Source: Auanema rhodensis
Lineage: Eukaryota; Animalia; Nematoda
Reading direction: 5' to 3'
Length of the DNA stretch: 64,000 nucleotides
NCBI GenBank assembly: GCA_964057225.1
Contig: OZ059895.1
Coordinates: 11,718,001 to 11,782,000, forward strand
The translations under genes were made by a program, and so were the position numbers. Positions 56,473 through 64,000 of the stretch are shown here, piece after piece (position 1 is the stretch's first letter; every line of letters begins with the position of its first letter). The notes below the pieces were generated by a model that saw nothing but the letters and a program-made list of their open reading frames with translations, had not been told where the DNA came from and did not search any database.

Positions 56473-59400
56473 ATGTTTTCAATTTTTAAGCAGTTTTACT
56501 CAGATAGCTTAACCCAAGGCAGCAAATTATCTTCAATATTATTTCTATCTTACAGTTATAAACCAATAGTTAATGAACCATCATCTTACCTTTACTGTTT
56601 CTATCTATTTCCTATCGAAAGCAACTTTGTTCAAACACTATACAACTGTGGAACCTTTTTTAATTTCTTGTATTTGGAGCTCATAAAATTTGATTTCATC
56701 GAGGGATCCAGATAGAACGTGGAAAATTACATAACTAACATGAAATTGGGAAAAATTATAACGAGGATAAGTATGTGAAACATTGAATATCAGATATTTT
56801 CGCTTAGGACTATACGACGTTGAAAGTACGCCATGCCGCTGATTTTCAATTTTAACTCTTCTGTAACAAATGTTTTCAATTTCCAAGCAGTTTTACTTAG
56901 ATAGCTCAACCCAAGGCAGCAAATTATCTTCAATCTTATTTCTATCTTACAGTTATAAACCAGTAGTGAATGAACCATTATCTTACCTTCACTGTTTCTA
57001 TCTATTTCGTATCAAAAGAAACATTGTTTAAACACTATACAACTGTGAAACCTTTTTTAATTTCTTGTATTTGGAGATCATAAGATTTGATATCATTGAG
57101 GGATCCAGATAGAACGTGGAAAATTACGTAACTAACATGAAATTGGAAAAAACTATAACGAGGATAAGTATGTGAATCATTGAATATCAGATATTTTCGC
57201 TTAGGACCATACCACGTTGAAAGTACGCCATGCCGCTGAATTTCAATTTTAACTCTTTTGTAACAAATGTTTTCAATTTCCAAGCAGTTTTACTCAGATA
57301 GCTTAACCCAAGGCAGCAAATTATCTTCAATATTATTTCTATCTTACAGTTATAAACCAATAGTTAATGAACCATCATCTTACCTTTACTGTTTCTATCT
57401 ATTTCCTATCGAAAGCAACTTTGTTCAAACACTATACAACTGTGGAACCTTTTTTATTTTCTTGTATTTGGAGCTCATAAAATTTGATATCATAGAGGGA
57501 TCCAGATAGAACGTGGAAAATTACATAACTAACATGAAATTGGGAAAAAATTATAACGAGGATAAGTATGTGAAACATTGAATATCAGATATTTTCGCTT
57601 AGGACTATACGACGTTGAAAGTACGCCATGCCGCTGATTTTCAATTTTAACTCTTCTGTAACAAATGTTTTCAATTTCCAAGCAGTTTTACTTAGATAGC
57701 TCAACCCAAGGCAGCAAATAATCTTCAATCTTATTTCTATCTTACAGTTATAAACCAGTAGTGAATGAACCATCATCTTACCTTTACTATTTCTATCTAT
57801 TTCTTATCAAAACCAACTTTGTTCAAACACTATACAACTGAGAAGCCTTTTTTAATTTCTTGTATTTGTAGCTCATAAGATTTGATATCATTGAGGGATC
57901 CAGATAGAACGTGGAAAATTACGTAACTAACATGAAATTGGAAAAAACTATAACGAGGATAAGTATGTGAATCAATGAATATCTGATATTTTCGCTTAGG
58001 ACCATACCACGTTGAAAGTACGCCATGCCGCTGAATTTCAATTTTAACTCTTTTGTAACAAATGTTTTCAATTTTTAAGCAGTTTTACTTAGATAGCTCA
58101 ACCCAAGGCAGCAAATTATCTTCAATCTTTTTTCTATCTTACAGTTATAAACCAGTAGTGAATGAACCATCATCTTACCTTTACTATTTCTATCTATTTC
58201 TTATCAAAACCAACTTTGTTCAAACACTATACAACTGAGAAGCCTTTTTTAATTTCTTGTATTTGGAGCTCATAAGATTTGATATCATTGAGGGATCCAG
58301 ATAGAACGTGGAAAATTACATAACTAGCATGAAATTGGGAAAAAATTATAACGAGGATAAGTATGTGAAACATTGAATATCAGATATTTTCGCTTAGGAC
58401 CATACCACGTTAAAAGTACGGCATGCGGCTGATTTTCAATTTTAACTCTTCTGTAACAAATGTTTTCAATTTTCAAGCAGTTTTACTTAGATAGCTCAAC
58501 CCAAGGCAGCAAATTATCTTCAATCTTATTTCTCTCTTACAGTTATAAACCAGTAGTGAATGAACCATCATCTTACCTTCACTGTTTCTATCTATTTTCT
58601 ATCAAAAGAAACATTGTTTAAACACTATACAACTGTGAAACCTTTTTTAATTTCTTGTATTTGGAGCTCATAAGATTTGATATCATTGAGGGATCCAGAT
58701 AGAACGTGGAAAATTACATAACTAACATGAAATTGAGAAAAAATTATAACGAGGATAAGTATGTGAAACATTGAATATCAGATATTTTCGCTTAGGACCA
58801 TACGACGTTGAAAGTACGCCATGCCGCTGATTTTTAATTTTATATCTTCTGTAACAAATGTTTTCAATTTCCAAGCAGTTTTACTTAGATAGCTCAACCC
58901 AAGGCAGCAAATTATCTTCAATCTTATTTCTATCTTACAGTTATAAACCAATAGTTAATGAACCATCATCTTACCTTTACTGTTTCTATCTATTTCCTAT
59001 CGAAAGCAACTTTGTTCAAACACTATACAACTGTGGAACCTTTTTTATTTTCTTGTATTTGGAGCTCATAAAATTTGATATCATCGAGGGATCCAGATAG
59101 AACGTGGAAAATTAGATAACTAACTTGAAATTGGGAAAAAATATAACGAGGATAAGTATGTGAAACATTGAATATCAGATATTTTCGCTTAGGACCACAC
59201 CACGTTGAAAGTACGCCATGCCGCTGAATTTCAATTTTAACTCTTTTGTAACAAATGTTTTCAATTTTTAAGCAGTTTTACTCAGATAGCTTAACCCAAG
59301 GCAGCAAATTATCTTCAATATTATTTCTATCTTACAGTTATAAACCAATAGTTAATGAACCATCATCTTACCTTTACTGTTTCTATCTATTTCCTATCGA

Positions 59401-62400
59401 AAGCAACTTTGTTCAAACACTATACAACTGTGGAACCTTTTTTAATTTCTTGTATTTGGAGCTCATAAAATTTGATTTCATCGAGGGATCCAGATAGAAC
59501 GTGGAAAATTACATAACTAACATGAAATTGGGAAAAATTATAACGAGGATAAGTATGTGAAACATTGAATATCAGATATTTTCGCTTAGGACTATACGAC
59601 GTTGAAAGTACGCCATGCCGCTGATTTTCAATTTTAACTCTTCTGTAACAAATGTTTTCAATTTCCAAGCAGTTTTACTTAGATAGCTCAACCCAAGGCA
59701 GCAAATTATCTTCAATCTTATTTCTATCTTACAGTTATAAACCAGTAGTGAATGAACCATTATCTTACCTTCACTGTTTCTATCTATTTCGTATCAAAAG
59801 AAACATTGTTTAAACACTATACAACTGTGAAACCTTTTTTAATTTCTTGTATTTGGAGATCATAAGATTTGATATCATTGAGGGATTTAGATAGAACGTG
59901 GAAAATTACATAACTAACATGAAATTGGGAAAAAATTATAACGAGGATAAGTATGTGAAACATTGAATATCAGATATTTTCGCTTAGGACTATACGACGT
60001 TGAAAGTACGCCATGCCGCTGATTTTCAATTTTAACTCTTCTGTAACAAATGTTTTCAATTTCCAAGCAGTTTTACTTAGATAGCTCAACCCAAGGCAGC
60101 AAATAATCTTCAATCTTATTTCTATCTTACAGTTATAAACCAGTAGTGAATGAACCATCATCTTACCTTTACTATTTCTATCTATTTCTTATCAAAACCA
60201 ACTTTGTTCAAACACTATACAACTGAGAAGCCTTTTTTAATTTCTTGTATTTGTAGCTCATAAGATTTGATATCATTGAGGGATCCAGATAGAACGTGGA
60301 AAATTACGTAACTAACATGAAATTGGAAAAAACTATAACGAGGATAAGTATGTGAATCAATGAATATCTGATATTTTCGCTTAGGACCATACCACGTTGA
60401 AAGTACGCCATGCCGCTGAATTTCAATTTTAACTCTTTTGTAACAAATGTTTTCAATTTTTAAGCAGTTTTACTTAGATAGCTCAACCCAAGGCAGCAAA
60501 TTATCTTCAATCTTTTTTCTATCTTACAGTTATAAACCAGTAGTGAATGAACCATCATCTTACCTTTACTATTTCTATCTATTTCTTATCAAAACCAACT
60601 TTGTTCAAACACTATACAACTGAGAAGCCTTTTTTAATTTCTTGTATTTGGAGCTCATAAGATTTGATATCATTGAGGGATCCAGATAGAACGTGGAAAA
60701 TTACATAACTAGCATGAAATTGGGAAAAAATTATAACGAGGATAAGTATGTGAAACATTGAATATCAGATATTTTCGCTTAGGACCATACCACGTTAAAA
60801 GTACGGCATGCGGCTGATTTTCAATTTTAACTCTTCTGTAACAAATGTTTTCAATTTTCAAGCAGTTTTACTTAGATAGCTCAACCCAAGGCAGCAAATT
60901 ATCTTCAATCTTATTTCTCTCTTACAGTTATAAACCAGTAGTGAATGAACCATCATCTTACCTTCACTGTTTCTATCTATTTTCTATCAAAAGAAACATT
61001 GTTTAAACACTATACAACTGTGAAACCTTTTTTAATTTCTTGTATTTGGAGCTCATAAGATTTGATATCATTGAGGGATCCAGATAGAACGTGGAAAATT
61101 ACATAACTAACATGAAATTGAGAAAAAATTATAACGAGGATAAGTATGTGAAACATTGAATATCAGATATTTTCGCTTAGGACCATACGACGTTGAAAGT
61201 ACGCCATGCCGCTGATTTTTAATTTTATATCTTCTGTAACAAATGTTTTCAATTTCCAAGCAGTTTTACTTAGATAGCTCAACCCAAGGCAGCAAATTAT
61301 CTTCAATCTTATTTCTATCTTACAGTTATAAACCAATAGTTAATGAACCATCATCTTACCTTTACTGTTTCTATCTATTTCCTATCGAAAGCAACTTTGT
61401 TCAAACACTATACAACTGTGGAACCTTTTTTATTTTCTTGTATTTGGAGCTCATAAAATTTGATATCATCGAGGGATCCAGATAGAACGTGGAAAATTAG
61501 ATAACTAACTTGAAATTGGGAAAAAATATAACGAGGATAAGTATGTGAAACATTGAATATCAGATATTTTCGCTTAGGACCACACCACGTTGAAAGTACG
61601 CCATGCCGCTGAATTTCAATTTTAACTCTTTTGTAACAAATGTTTTCAATTTTTAAGCAGTTTTACTCAGATAGCTTAACCCAAGGCAGCAAATTATCTT
61701 CAATATTATTTCTATCTTACAGTTATAAACCAATAGTTAATGAACCATCATCTTACCTTTACTGTTTCTATCTATTTCCTATCGAAAGCAACTTTGTTCA
61801 AACACTATACAACTGTGGAACCTTTTTTAATTTCTTGTATTTGGAGCTCATAAAATTTGATTTCATCGAGGGATCCAGATAGAACGTGGAAAATTACATA
61901 ACTAACATGAAATTGGGAAAAATTATAACGAGGATAAGTATGTGAAACATTGAATATCAGATATTTTCGCTTAGGACTATACGACGTTGAAAGTACGCCA
62001 TGCCGCTGATTTTCAATTTTAACTCTTCTGTAACAAATGTTTTCAATTTCCAAGCAGTTTTACTTAGATAGCTCAACCCAAGGCAGCAAATTATCTTCAA
62101 TCTTATTTCTATCTTACAGTTATAAACCAGTAGTGAATGAACCATTATCTTACCTTCACTGTTTCTATCTATTTCGTATCAAAAGAAACATTGTTTAAAC
62201 ACTATACAACTGTGAAACCTTTTTTAATTTCTTGTATTTGGAGATCATAAGATTTGATATCATTGAGGGATCCAGATAGAACGTGGAAAATTACGTAACT
62301 AACATGAAATTGGAAAAAACTATAACGAGGATAAGTATGTGAATCATTGAATATCAGATATTTTCGCTTAGGACCATACCACGTTGAAAGTACGCCATGC

Positions 62401-64000
62401 CGCTGAATTTCAATTTTAACTCTTTTGTAACAAATGTTTTCAATTTCCAAGCAGTTTTACTCAGATAGCTTAACCCAAGGCAGCAAATTATCTTCAATAT
62501 TATTTCTATCTTACAGTTATAAACCAATAGTTAATGAACCATCATCTTACCTTTACTGTTTCTATCTATTTCCTATCGAAAGCAACTTTGTTCAAACACT
62601 ATACAACTGTGGAACCTTTTTTATTTTCTTGTATTTGGAGCTCATAAAATTTGATATCATAGAGGGATCCAGATAGAACGTGGAAAATTACATAACTAAC
62701 ATGAAATTGGGAAAAAATTATAACGAGGATAAGTATGTGAAACATTGAATATCAGATATTTTCGCTTAGGACTATACGACGTTGAAAGTACGCCATGCCG
62801 CTGATTTTCAATTTTAACTCTTCTGTAACAAATGTTTTCAATTTCCAAGCAGTTTTACTTAGATAGCTCAACCCAAGGCAGCAAATAATCTTCAATCTTA
62901 TTTCTATCTTACAGTTATAAACCAGTAGTGAATGAACCATCATCTTACCTTTACTATTTCTATCTATTTCTTATCAAAACCAACTTTGTTCAAACACTAT
63001 ACAACTGAGAAGCCTTTTTTAATTTCTTGTATTTGTAGCTCATAAGATTTGATATCATTGAGGGATCCAGATAGAACGTGGAAAATTACGTAACTAACAT
63101 GAAATTGGAAAAAACTATAACGAGGATAAGTATGTGAATCAATGAATATCTGATATTTTCGCTTAGGACCATACCACGTTGAAAGTACGCCATGCCGCTG
63201 AATTTCAATTTTAACTCTTTTGTAACAAATGTTTTCAATTTTTAAGCAGTTTTACTTAGATAGCTCAACCCAAGGCAGCAAATTATCTTCAATCTTTTTT
63301 CTATCTTACAGTTATAAACCAGTAGTGAATGAACCATCATCTTACCTTTACTATTTCTATCTATTTCTTATCAAAACCAACTTTGTTCAAACACTATACA
63401 ACTGAGAAGCCTTTTTTAATTTCTTGTATTTGGAGCTCATAAGATTTGATATCATTGAGGGATCCAGATAGAACGTGGAAAATTACATAACTAGCATGAA
63501 ATTGGGAAAAAATTATAACGAGGATAAGTATGTGAAACATTGAATATCAGATATTTTCGCTTAGGACCATACCACGTTAAAAGTACGGCATGCGGCTGAT
63601 TTTCAATTTTAACTCTTCTGTAACAAATGTTTTCAATTTTCAAGCAGTTTTACTTAGATAGCTCAACCCAAGGCAGCAAATTATCTTCAATCTTATTTCT
63701 CTCTTACAGTTATAAACCAGTAGTGAATGAACCATCATCTTACCTTCACTGTTTCTATCTATTTTCTATCAAAAGAAACATTGTTTAAACACTATACAAC
63801 TGTGAAACCTTTTTTAATTTCTTGTATTTAGAGCTCATAAGATTTGATATCATTGAGGGATCCAGATAGAACGTGGAAAATTACATAACTAGCATGAAAT
63901 TGGGAAAAAATTATAACGAGGATAAGTATGTGAAACATTGAATATCAGATATTTTCGCTTAGGACCATACGACGTTGAAAGTACGCCATGCCGCTGATTT
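56473..64000. repeat. Higher-order repeat with units of 7, 6 and (truncated) 7 monomers
   Basis: The marker monomer (TGTGGAACC, TTGATTTCATC) starts at 56473, 59255 (+2782) and 61640 (+2385). Pair 57267/62434 (+5167). Confidence 0.92.

Larger units (their letters stand above)
1..64000. repeat. Tandem satellite DNA array, about 161 head-to-tail monomers of 397-398 bp, AT-rich, containing a 5S rRNA-derived segment
   Basis: The monomer start ATGTTT[T/C]CAA recurs at 1, 400, 798, 1196, 1594, 1992, 2390, 2787, 3185 ... 63229, 63627. (63627-1)/160 gives a 397.7 bp period. BamHI GGATCC and EcoRV GATATC occur once in almost every monomer. The array runs off both window ends with no interruptions seen. 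Confidence 0.99.

Noticed and set aside
798-62943. Recurrent 61-104 aa ORFs on both strands (MFSIFKQF..., MKIENICY..., MMVHSLLV...)
   Set aside because: They overlap each other in conflicting frames, are opened and closed by single SNPs or the 1-bp indel, have AT-driven composition and show no recognisable domain. They are incidental translations of the satellite.
1-64000. CRISPR array or prokaryotic repeat system
   Set aside because: There are no unique spacers and no cas genes. The entire 398-bp unit is repeated.

Overview
The whole 64-kb window is one uninterrupted head-to-tail tandem satellite array. It holds about 161 monomers of 397-398 bp (about 31% GC, counted on monomer 1), all in one orientation, with no protein-coding genes, transposons or unique DNA. 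The ORFs in the track are incidental translations of the repeat. Each monomer carries a GC-rich segment of about 37-40 nt (GCTTA[C/G]GACCATA[C/T][C/G]ACGTTGAAAGTACGCCATGCCG) that closely resembles the 5' end of nematode-type 5S rRNA. It is followed by a weaker match to the 5S internal control region (CAGTTTTACTT[A/G]GAT), so this looks like a 5S rDNA-derived satellite. The 5S comparison is made from memory and needs confirming by search. The array shows a patchwork of nested higher-order duplications (1, 2, 3, 4, 6, 7 and 13 monomers in tandem, plus blocks displaced by 19/20, 28 and 36/38 monomers), in-register one-monomer deletions, regional variant domains and multi-nucleotide scars at two inferred recombination junctions.
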